Positions 56,337 to 64,000 of a DNA stretch of 64,000 nt are shown in pieces (the first letter of the stretch is position 1; each line of letters starts with the position of its first letter). The position numbers were made by a program, and so were the translations under genes. Below the pieces are notes generated by a model, which searched no databases, was not told where the DNA came from, and was given only the letters and a program-made list of their open reading frames with translations. This stretch comes from Bacteroidales bacterium (GTDB lineage: Bacteria > Bacteroidota > Bacteroidia > Bacteroidales > ML635J-15): contig OY781043.1 of NCBI GenBank assembly GCA_963676165.1, positions 294,364 to 358,363 of the forward strand, written 5' to 3'.

Positions 56337-56530
56337 GTCTTTTCTCTCTTTTTTGTTTGAAATTTGGTGTTTTTAAGATACCTTTAAGGCAAATAAACCA
56401 GAAAATAACGAAACCCATGATAAAACAGGAATTTTTAATCCGGGAGATAAATATTGACACTTTTTTACAAACTCCCTTATTAAAATGTAATTTTTAGATA
56501 GACTGCTGTTACCTGTTATTAAAAAAGACT

Positions 56531-57610
56531 ATGAGAATGAACTATGAATTCAAATATCTTATTGCAGGAATAATTATATTGATTTCATTAAATCAATCAT
56601 CTGGACAAGAAATTAAGATTTCTGAAAATCTTGTTTTGTACAAATTGTCAGAATGTTGTTATGAGCATACTCAAAAGGGTAATAACGGATTGGTTTACAT
56701 AAATAATGGAGAAGCTGTTATTGTTTCAACTCCCGATTCAGATACCGAAACTCAAAATTTAATAGATTGGGTTCGAAATGAACAACACGCTAAAATTGTT
56801 GCTTACGTAATTGACAGATGGCATCCCGATGCAATGCAGGGTTTAGATGTCGTTAAAAAAAATGACATAAAAAGCTATGCTTATGAATTAACCCGACAGA
56901 TAGCCAAAGAAAAAGGGTTGCCTGTTCCTGAATTTGGGTTTAATCCTAAAAAAGAGATAAAAGTTGGAAATCAAAAGATAATTTGTCATTTTCTGGGAGA
57001 GTCACATACACCGGATGGGATTGTTGTTTGGATTCCAAATGAACAAATACTCTTTGGCGGAAATGAAATTCGGAATTATAACGGTTGGGTTGGAAATATT
57101 GGCGATGCAAACCTTGAAAAATGGTCAGAAACAGCAAAAAACATTAAAAGAGAATATGGCTCTGCTAAAGTTGTAGTCCCGGGACACGGGGAATATGGTG
57201 GCTCTGAATTAATTGATTACACGATTGATTTGTTCAGCCTTCCCCAAAACGAATTGTTTATTGATAGTACTGAGACTGTTGTTGCTTTTAACAAAAAAAC
57301 AGAAGATGAATTTATTGTGAAAGCTGAATTTGATTCAATTCAAGACGGGAAACGTATTTTAAAAAATGCGACTGTAATAATTCAGGATAAAACAAAATTT
57401 ATAGAGATTGAATCTCCTCAGATTAATATTTCTATGGACAACACAAAAATTGATTCTGAAATTGGAAGAGTAAAAATTTATGACAAGAAAACAGACTGTG
57501 AAGAGTTAAGAACGGATGTGAATTATAGAAAACTAATCATTTATAAATATGACGAAGACACTGTTGGATTTGTAGTAATATTGAAGGGAATAGAAAATAA
57601 CAATCGTTAA
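56531..57610 (+). CDS. Subclass B1 metallo-beta-lactamase-like secreted protein with non-canonical metal ligands and a C-terminal extension
   Basis: GESHTPDGIVVWIPNEQILFGGNEI and VVPGHGEYG align with the B1 motifs GHT.DN.VVW.P....LFGGC..K and PGHG. The HxHxD position reads RWHPD, and the Cys of GGC is Asn. About 125 extra C-terminal residues follow. Confidence 0.6.
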   Translation: MRMNYEFKYLIAGIIILISLNQSSGQEIKISENLVLYKLSECCYEHTQKGNNGLVYINNGEAVIVSTPDSDTETQNLIDWVRNEQHAKIVAYVIDRWHPDAMQGLDVVKKNDIKSYAYELTRQIAKEKGLPVPEFGFNPKKEIKVGNQKIICHFLGESHTPDGIVVWIPNEQILFGGNEIRNYNGWVGNIGDANLEKWSETAKNIKREYGSAKVVVPGHGEYGGSELIDYTIDLFSLPQNELFIDSTETVVAFNKKTEDEFIVKAEFDSIQDGKRILKNATVIIQDKTKFIEIESPQINISMDNTKIDSEIGRVKIYDKKTDCEELRTDVNYRKLIIYKYDEDTVGFVVILKGIENNNR

Positions 57611-57735
57611 CACTGTATATGTAAAATAGATGGAATTGTAGTAAATTCAAGGAGCTTAGCTCGCTTTGAAGTTGTTTCGGTTTGATAGTTTTGTAGTCCG
57701 TAATCGCTCCATTTGTATATACTTGACCGTTACAA
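57597..57735 (+). repeat. attC-like imperfect inverted repeat, site H
   Basis: ATAACAAT overlaps the stop codon region. The arms are GTATATGTAAAATAGATGGAATTGTAG and TCCGTAATCGCTCCATTTGTATATAC. The central motif is TCGGTTTGATAG. The right end is TTGACC-GTTACAA, 21 nt before the ATG at 57750. Confidence 0.65.
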
Positions 57736-57749
57736 GTAACTCTAAAACC

Positions 57750-58328
57750 ATGAAAAGAAAGTTACACATATTTATTTGGTTCGTCGCATTGCTTTGTGCT
57801 TCTTGTTCTATTAATGGATCATTTCAGGGTTTGTTTAGCTATTATAACAAAACAAAAAATGAGTCTGAGATAACATTCAAGCGTATTAATTCGGTGGAAG
57901 ATTGTTTAAGCTTACATTCAGATTCTGCATCTGTTTTAATAGCCAATGGACTTCAAATAAGAAACTGCTTAAGTGAAATTCCGAGTGCTGTTGTATATAT
58001 TTGGACTCCTAGATGCAAAGGAAAATACTGTTATTCCCTCAATGTTTTGCAAGAAATCTGTCGTCAAAAAGGGTGCGAATTGTTTATCGTTGCTGAGTAT
58101 TTTGACAAGGTTCACATGAGTAAGTATTATCAAATATCGCATCCAATAATTGGTATTGATGTTAAGTACTATAGAACTAATTTTACATCAAAATATCTGT
58201 CGAAATTTATACTGGATTTAACAAATGGCATGTATGATTATGATGTGAAAAATGACAATTATTGTAACTTTTTAAATTTCAAAAATGGTGAGTTTAAACG
58301 GGCTTTTATGTCAATCGAAGAACTTTAA
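57750..58328 (+). CDS. Hypothetical lipoprotein (possibly thioredoxin-fold)
   Basis: MKRKLHIFIWFVALLCASC is a lipoprotein signal. VVYIWTPRCKGKYC loosely resembles a Trx-like W..C motif. The listed start at 57666 lies inside the repeat. Confidence 0.5.
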   Translation: MKRKLHIFIWFVALLCASCSINGSFQGLFSYYNKTKNESEITFKRINSVEDCLSLHSDSASVLIANGLQIRNCLSEIPSAVVYIWTPRCKGKYCYSLNVLQEICRQKGCELFIVAEYFDKVHMSKYYQISHPIIGIDVKYYRTNFTSKYLSKFILDLTNGMYDYDVKNDNYCNFLNFKNGEFKRAFMSIEEL

Positions 58329-58625
58329 TTGTATGTCAATAATATTCAAAGGGGAATATTGTGTGAAACAATACGGTGAAGTGCTAAACGTTTTTACATT
58401 ACATAGCCTTTGTCAGTTATCCCATTCAATCTTGATGGTCTGTTTATAATGAAAAACTAAAAATAAGCTAACTAAAAAACATAGAACAATGAAAAAAAGA
58501 TTAAACTACATTAAGTTTGCATCCATTCTATTCTGGTAATGCTTCAAAAAAGTTGATAGCGTAATTTTAAGCCCTTAAAACACTGGGAATCAATAAAAGA
58601 TAAAAATAAAATTTCTAAAGTAAGG

Positions 58626-59838
58626 CTAAGTACATGACAAAAATTTTTCAATGTGAATATCATCTTGACAAACAGGATTTAACAAAACTGAAGCAATATA
58701 TTTCAAACCATATTTAAACAAGCTCATTGCTTTTCTTCCATGCCTTTAGGTCTTGACTTTGTTCACATTGTAATGCAAAAATATTCCAACTTTATAACAC
58801 CAGACAAAAGCAATCATTACCAGTAAAATAAGGTTTTGTAAACGTGGAGTTTCACTGAGGTGAGTTTTTTCAATGTCAAATCCACTCGATTTCATAGCTT
58901 TAAAACAAGTTTCAATTTGCCAGCGTTTTTCATAAAAGAACTTAGCCTGATCTGGTTTGTTGAACGAAGCTATAATTAAGAAATCGTTCTTGCCATCCTT
59001 ACCTTTTATTTTACAACCAGAAATATAGCAAAGCTGATCACCAATTTTGACAAGTTTTGAATAACGCTTGAATTGACCAACATCAAGGGAGTTAAATAAC
59101 CAATTAGCTTTTACTTTCTTTGATTTGTACGGGAGGTATAACTTGAAGTTATTACGAATACGAATATAATACCGAATTTGATGCTCGTTTAGAAACTCAA
59201 GCCAGCGTTCCCCAACAAATTCACGATCAGCTACAAGGCAGTCAATACATTCTTGTCCAAACAGATTAATAAAACGCTTTACAAGATCTATCCGCTCTGA
59301 CGAATTTGAGTTACCTCTTTTATTAAGTAGTGAGAACATTACCGGGAAGGACAAACCTTTATATGCCACACCAAGCATGAAAATATTGATATTAGTTTTT
59401 CCAAACTTCCAGTTTGTTCGATCAATTGTAAGTACAAGTTTTTCTTTCTTTGGAAGTAAGTTGAATATCAAGCGAGCAACCAAATCAGGACATAGATTAT
59501 AGAGACCAATAAAGCGTTGAATCCGCCTATGACTACTACTTGCTTTAGCCCTGGAATTAAAAGCCGAAGACAGCTTCTCAAAATTAACTGTCTGAACTTT
59601 ACACAGGGCTACAATAAACAGTGACAGAAATTTAATTCTTGCCAAGTTCAATTTTCCTTGGAATTGTTCTTTTAAAATTGAAACTAATTCAGTACTTTTA
59701 TCTTCTACCTTGGTATTCTTATTCATTACAAAAGACTTAGGAATCCTTTGTAAGATACTGGATATCAAGGTATTTACCAAATTTTATAGCAGTTATTTTA
59801 CTGATTTTCAGCGAATTAATTTTTTGTCATGTACTAAG
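58626..59838 (-). mobile_element. IS4-family insertion sequence
   Basis: The 18-bp terminal IRs CTAAGTACATGACAAAAA (58626-58643) and TTTTTGTCATGTACTAAG (59821-59838) have one mismatch and enclose one DDE transposase. No unambiguous TSD was seen. Confidence 0.8.
58746..59780 (-). CDS. IS4-family DDE transposase
   Basis: LTIDRTNW, LVADREF and YEKRWQIETCFKAMKSSGF give the DDE triad with the Y-2-R-3-E-6-K signature. Confidence 0.85.
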   Translation of the reverse strand: MVNTLISSILQRIPKSFVMNKNTKVEDKSTELVSILKEQFQGKLNLARIKFLSLFIVALCKVQTVNFEKLSSAFNSRAKASSSHRRIQRFIGLYNLCPDLVARLIFNLLPKKEKLVLTIDRTNWKFGKTNINIFMLGVAYKGLSFPVMFSLLNKRGNSNSSERIDLVKRFINLFGQECIDCLVADREFVGERWLEFLNEHQIRYYIRIRNNFKLYLPYKSKKVKANWLFNSLDVGQFKRYSKLVKIGDQLCYISGCKIKGKDGKNDFLIIASFNKPDQAKFFYEKRWQIETCFKAMKSSGFDIEKTHLSETPRLQNLILLVMIAFVWCYKVGIFLHYNVNKVKT

Positions 59839-60057
59839 AAAATAAGGATGATCGTTTGCGCATCTTTACTATTTTTAAGTCTTCAAAACGGCTAAAATTG
59901 AGAAAATGGGGAGTTTGTGCTTCAAACGAGTTGGCTGATTGAGATGAAAGTCAGAAAGTTGAAAGTTGGAAAGCAAAGAGTCAAAAGTTTTGAAGCTAAG
60001 ACCTGTAAATTTTTTTTAGGAAGGGTTGGTTAGTGGAGTTTTATATAAGAGTATGTG

Positions 60058-60222
60058 ATGAGGAAAAGAATGAGTCGAAAGTCAAAAACCAAGTTGTTGA
60101 GGGTGCTGGTAACAATTGCTTGCTTAGCGGTTTCTTCAATCTATTATTTTGTTGACGAGTTTTGGGGATGGGTAATACCTGTAGCAATTATTGCTATTCT
60201 TGTCATTTCCGATTACGATTAA
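60058..60222 (+). CDS. Possible small membrane protein (54 aa)
   Basis: MRKRMSRKSKTKLLRVLVTIACLAVSSIYYFVDEFWGWVIPVAIIAILVISDYD* has a basic N-terminus plus two hydrophobic segments. It falls below the ORF-track size cut-off. Confidence 0.3.
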   Translation: MRKRMSRKSKTKLLRVLVTIACLAVSSIYYFVDEFWGWVIPVAIIAILVISDYD

Positions 60223-60256
60223 TGGTTTTTTGAGGTGGCTTATTCGAACCTGTCAC

Positions 60257-60291
60257 ACAAAAAAAGCGAGCCCCATAACGAACTCGCTTTA
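60257..60291 (-). terminator. Rho-independent terminator of the 60311-61651 gene
   Basis: The minus strand reads AAGCGAG-TTCGTTATGGGG-CTCGCTT followed by TTTTTTTG. Confidence 0.7.
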
Positions 60292-60310
60292 AAACTATTT
60301 GAAAGAGAAA

Positions 60311-61651
60311 TTATTTCAAGTTGTGTTTTTCAACAAAATCACCCAAGATACCTTCTAGGTTAGGTGAACCAATTTCCTGTAGATCATAATATACACGAGT
60401 GTTTGGTTTTTTGATGTCAATGATACGATTCAAGTCAATAGGAGTCCCAATAACTACTGAGTCACAATCCGTGTTGTTGATTGTAGTTTCAAGGTCTTTC
60501 AATTGTTGTGCACTGTATCCCATTGCAGGTAGTAAGGTACCAATGTTTGGATAGATTTCGTAAGTTTCAGCCAATTTACCAACAGCAAATGGGCGAGCAT
60601 CAACGAGTTCAGCACATCCAAATTTTTGAGCTGCAACAACACCAGCACCAATTTTCATTTCACCGTGTGTCAATGTTGGTCCGTCTTCCACAACAAGAAC
60701 GCGTTTCCCTTTGATAATTGAAGGATCATCCACCTTAATTGGTGAAGCGCCATCAATCACTTGTGCTTTAGGATTTACTTTCTCGATGCTTTCACGCACT
60801 GTTTGAATTCCTTCAGGAGCAGCAGAGTCCATTTTGTTGATTACAATAGCATCTGCAATGCGCATGTTTACTTCGCCAGGGTAGTATGATAACTCATGAC
60901 CAGGACGATGTGGGTCAGCAACAGTTACAACGAGGTCTGATTTGTAGAATGGGAAGTCATTATTTCCACCATCCCAAAGAATCACATCACATCCATCAGG
61001 ATCTTTTTCTGCTTCGCGAAGAATAGCTTCATAATCTACACCTGCATAAATCACGTTTCCGCGAACAACATGTGGTTCATACTCTTCCATTTCTTCCACT
61101 GTACATTTGTGTTTTTCCAAATCGGAAACATCAGCGAAACGTTGAACTTTTTGTGCATTCAAATCACCATAAGGCATAGGGTGACGGATAGCAACAACTT
61201 TCAATCCTTTTTCCATTAAGTACTCAATCACTTTACGTGATGTTTGTGATTTACCACAACCGGTACGTGTTGCAACAACAGCAATCACTGGTTTTTCAGA
61301 TTTAACCATAGTTTCTTCTGGTCCCAGTAGCATGAAATTAGCACCTGCAGCATTGACGCGAGCGCTCATATTCATAACACGGTTGTATGGTACATCACTA
61401 TAGGAGAAGACGCAATCCTGTACGTTGTACTCTTGAATTAGTTTTTCTAAATCATCTTCAGCAAAAATTGGGATTCCTTCAGGGTAAAGCTCACCGGCAA
61501 GTTCTTTTGGATATTTACGTCCATCAATGTCAGGAATTTGAGCAGCAGTAAAAGCAACAACATTGTATGCTTCGTTACCTCTGAAAAACGTGTTGAAGTT
61601 GTGAAAATCTCTTCCAGCAGCTCCAATAATAATTACATTTCTTTTTGCCAT
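60311..61651 (-). CDS. P-loop protein of the cyclic 2,3-diphosphoglycerate synthetase-like family (often annotated GTPase)
   Basis: 446-aa ORF. The N-terminal IIGAAGRDFHNFN, the P-loop TRTGCGKSQTS, RHPMPYGDL, WDGGNND and INK match my recollection of this family. The assignment comes from memory, not a search. Confidence 0.45.
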   Translation of the reverse strand: MAKRNVIIIGAAGRDFHNFNTFFRGNEAYNVVAFTAAQIPDIDGRKYPKELAGELYPEGIPIFAEDDLEKLIQEYNVQDCVFSYSDVPYNRVMNMSARVNAAGANFMLLGPEETMVKSEKPVIAVVATRTGCGKSQTSRKVIEYLMEKGLKVVAIRHPMPYGDLNAQKVQRFADVSDLEKHKCTVEEMEEYEPHVVRGNVIYAGVDYEAILREAEKDPDGCDVILWDGGNNDFPFYKSDLVVTVADPHRPGHELSYYPGEVNMRIADAIVINKMDSAAPEGIQTVRESIEKVNPKAQVIDGASPIKVDDPSIIKGKRVLVVEDGPTLTHGEMKIGAGVVAAQKFGCAELVDARPFAVGKLAETYEIYPNIGTLLPAMGYSAQQLKDLETTINNTDCDSVVIGTPIDLNRIIDIKKPNTRVYYDLQEIGSPNLEGILGDFVEKHNLK

Positions 61652-61847
61652 AAAAAGTTATTTATTTTGGTTAAACAATAGGTTGCTTGAGTGTCTTTTA
61701 CAAAATTAAAATTTTTAAGCAATTTTTCCTTATACTCGATTTTAATTTTCCAAATAAATCACCAAAATAATTAACTATAGTGCAAAATGAGAAAAATCAT
61801 GTGCTGGAAATCAAAATGATACAGCGAAAATATGTTAAGAAAAATAT

Positions 61848-62237
61848 TTAGCTTCCGAATTTTTGCATAAACTTTTCTTTGTCTATAATAAAGCGTTCAT
61901 GCGTGCCTTCGCCAATTTGTCCCTCTTCGTCTTTTGCAGAAACCCTGAAAACCAGACGATTGCGATCGATCTCTATGAGTTCTGATTCGCAAATGACTTT
62001 CATTCCCTTTGGTGTCGCTTTTGTGTGGGAAATATTCACTTTTGTTCCTACTGTGCTGTAGGCGTCTGATAGGTGAGGGGTCACAGATTCCAAACAGGTT
62101 TTTTCCATCATGGCAATCATGGCGGGGGTAGCAAAAACTTCCACTAAGCCACTGCCATATTCAGCTGCAGTTTGTGATTGTTCCACAACGAGTTCTGTTT
62201 TACCTTGTATTCCTGTGCTAAGTTGAATGTTTTCCAT
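61848..62237 (-). CDS. Hotdog-fold thioesterase (fluoroacetyl-CoA thioesterase-like family)
   Basis: 129-aa ORF with EYGSGLVEVFATPAMIAMME...H.KATP.G motifs. Confidence 0.65.
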   Translation of the reverse strand: MENIQLSTGIQGKTELVVEQSQTAAEYGSGLVEVFATPAMIAMMEKTCLESVTPHLSDAYSTVGTKVNISHTKATPKGMKVICESELIEIDRNRLVFRVSAKDEEGQIGEGTHERFIIDKEKFMQKFGS

Positions 62238-62238
62238 G

Positions 62239-62643
62239 CTAAAATTTCATTTTTATGTTTTGTTTGACATCAGGGTGAAGACTTAAAGCCACAGGACTAA
62301 TTGCAGGAATGGCTTTCAATATACGCTTTTGCTTGTCTGTAAGATTTAACATGCTAAAATCAAATTCAATGATGATTTCTGCAACCCGACGAGGATTTTC
62401 CGCCATAATTTTTGTCATTTCTGCTTTTGCGCCTTCTAAACTAAAACCCTCGTCTTTAGCTTTAATTCCCATAATGGTAATAATGCAATTTGCTAAAGAA
62501 GTTGACATAAGATCAGTTGGAGAAAATGCTTCACCTTTTCCTCGATTGTCAACAGGAGCGTCAGTAATCATTGTGTTTCCTGATCTGACATGTGTATTGT
62601 GCGTTCTTAAATCGCCAATGTATTCAATTTTACTTGTTACCAT
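62239..62643 (-). CDS. OsmC-family protein
   Basis: 134-aa ORF. FSPTDLMSTSLANCI contains the conserved Cys context. The OsmC-like C-terminal half is present. Confidence 0.75.
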   Translation of the reverse strand: MVTSKIEYIGDLRTHNTHVRSGNTMITDAPVDNRGKGEAFSPTDLMSTSLANCIITIMGIKAKDEGFSLEGAKAEMTKIMAENPRRVAEIIIEFDFSMLNLTDKQKRILKAIPAISPVALSLHPDVKQNIKMKF

Positions 62644-63478
62644 ATCTCAAATGTTTTATGTCAAAAAAACAAAAAATCCTGATTAAAGTTGTCAAAAAGA
62701 GCAAAAAATCATATGCTTTAATTCTTAATGTTAACAATGGGGCCTAACATATTTGTAAGTATTAGTTTATAGTTGCAGTTGTTTAATCAAAGTAGATCTG
62801 TGTTAATATGTAGAAGTTCTATAATCTAATTTTTCAGAAAATTACTTCTATTTTGCCAAGTTTTGTGATTGATAGGTTATGTGAAAAATGTTTATGGATT
62901 TTATCGGAAATTTTGTTTAAATATTTAGCATAAATAAAATAAATATAGTTTAAGATTGATATTAGGATTTGAAAAGATGCGCTCGAGAAGCCTTCTTTAA
63001 GAAGGCTATGCGCGTTGGGTATGGCAGACCACGAGTCAGGGTTGGACGTGAACCCGTCTGCCGGACGGGCAGGTGCTGAATTGCTCTAATAAAATCAAGA
63101 ATGGCGCTTTAGTCGTCCACATTCATGACTTTTATAGCATTTCAGCAGAGCGTTCAGGGAGGTTGGTGCTGCCTTGTCTTTTTTGTTCCTTTTTTTGACT
63201 TAAAAACACCCCAAATACACATAAGTTTTTATCCCGAAAGCTCAAAAAATAACATGCACTATTCGGGAAAGAAAAAAAGGAAGAGAAAGTTTATTTCAGA
63301 ATTAATTCGTTACAAAAATCAATTGGTCTTACTTTAAGAAGAGCGAGAACTGATCTTTAAGAAACTTTTAACAAAACAAAAATGAAAAATCATCGAAAAA
63401 ATACGCCCTTTACTTGCTTGATTAATATAGATTATCTAACTTTATCGAAACTAAGTCGTTAACCCAAAAATACAATTT

Positions 63479-64000
63479 ATGAAAGCACATTTTGCTCCTT
63501 TCTTGGTGTTTGTATTGCTTGCAAGCAGCTTGTTTGCACAGAATGATTGCACAACACCAGATGTTATTTCAAGCCTCCCTTATATTGCGGAGGGATTATC
63601 AACTACCGGAACTCTCGATGATTATGGTCCTGATGATGCATGTCTTAGTGTGTCAATGGAAAATGAAGATTATGTCTTTTCCTACACGCCTGCAAGTGCA
63701 CAAGTGGTCAATATTGCATTGTCAGAAACGGAAATTATTACCGATGCACCAGTGTTAATAGGTGCAACCATCGGATTGTTTGTGATGGATGGTATTCCAA
63801 CTGATCCTGCAACTTCATGTGTTGTAGTTCAAGATGGGGAAACTGCAAACCCTGAAATCCTGAATCTTTCTCTTGATGCTGGAACAACCTATTACATCAT
63901 CGTGTCTTCCTCTGATATCGATTATATTATTGAGACCTATGCATCCAATGTGAACTTCTCAATTTCCGTTAACGAAGTATATGCTGATGATGCTGGGATT
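63479..64000 (+). CDS. 5' part of a secreted protein (runs off the right edge)
   Basis: The ATG at 63479 opens a frame that stays open for 174 codons to the window end. The signal peptide is MKAHFAPFLVFVLLASSLFAQ. It is not in the ORF track because no stop is present. Confidence 0.6.
   Translation, partial: MKAHFAPFLVFVLLASSLFAQNDCTTPDVISSLPYIAEGLSTTGTLDDYGPDDACLSVSMENEDYVFSYTPASAQVVNIALSETEIITDAPVLIGATIGLFVMDGIPTDPATSCVVVQDGETANPEILNLSLDAGTTYYIIVSSSDIDYIIETYASNVNFSISVNEVYADDAGI

Noticed and set aside
59839-59847. Possible target-site duplication TAAGG for the IS4 element (58621-58625 / 59843-59847)
   Set aside because: The right-hand copy is separated from the IR by 4 nt, so it is not a clean TSD. 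No TSD is reported.
62979-63120. Possible SRP RNA, RNase P RNA or tmRNA
   Set aside because: The conserved cores are absent. I found no GGAAGCAGC-type SRP helix-8 motif, no GAGGAAAGTCCGG RNase P P4 strand, and no tRNA-like tmRNA ends. It is kept only as an unclassified structured candidate.
1-64000. Search for a CRISPR array
   Set aside because: No short (25-40 bp) direct repeats with regular 25-40 bp spacers were seen. The recurring repeats are 60-140 bp, imperfectly palindromic and separated by whole genes.
1-64000. Search for an integron integrase or any tyrosine/serine recombinase next to the arrays
   Set aside because: None of the listed ORFs shows the R..H..R..Y tyrosine-recombinase pattern or a serine-recombinase N-terminus. 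The only recombination enzymes are DDE/DEDD transposases and the intron RT remnant. The arrays are therefore reported as integrase-less within this window.

Overview
This is a low-GC, Bacteroidota-type chromosomal segment. The taxonomic call rests on T9SS C-terminal sorting domains, SprB-type repeats, DUF1573 and an ileS-dksA-lspA block. A housekeeping core of about 42 kb holds a pgk cluster, a TonB-dependent receptor, a giant T9SS adhesin, lspA, ileS, a tamB-like gene, tsaD, an S8 protease, HU, tRNA-Ser, an ECF sigma pair, era, der and pepP. Two accessory regions bracket it (1-8.8 kb and 51.6-60.3 kb), and both are organised like integron gene-cassette arrays. They contain same-strand, functionally unrelated short ORFs. 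Each ORF is followed by a member of one family of imperfect inverted repeats: A(C/T)AACAAT at the stop codon on the left, CCGTT(A/G) 18-45 nt before the next ATG on the right. No integrase ORF is visible in the window. The arrays also carry a RelE/ParE toxin-antitoxin pair, an ORF-deleted group II intron and an IS110 remnant that both sit inside repeats, an IS4 element, and a nested IS1182 insertion in rhuM. Other highlights are: a PGK-PGK tandem fusion followed by a third, divergent PGK paralogue; an IS66 element with an 8-bp TSD beside a fic gene flanked by ~80-bp direct repeats; a REP-like palindrome family; and a perfect 27-bp-arm palindrome after tRNA-Ser. All calls come from reading the sequence and ORF translations. 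No database search was run.
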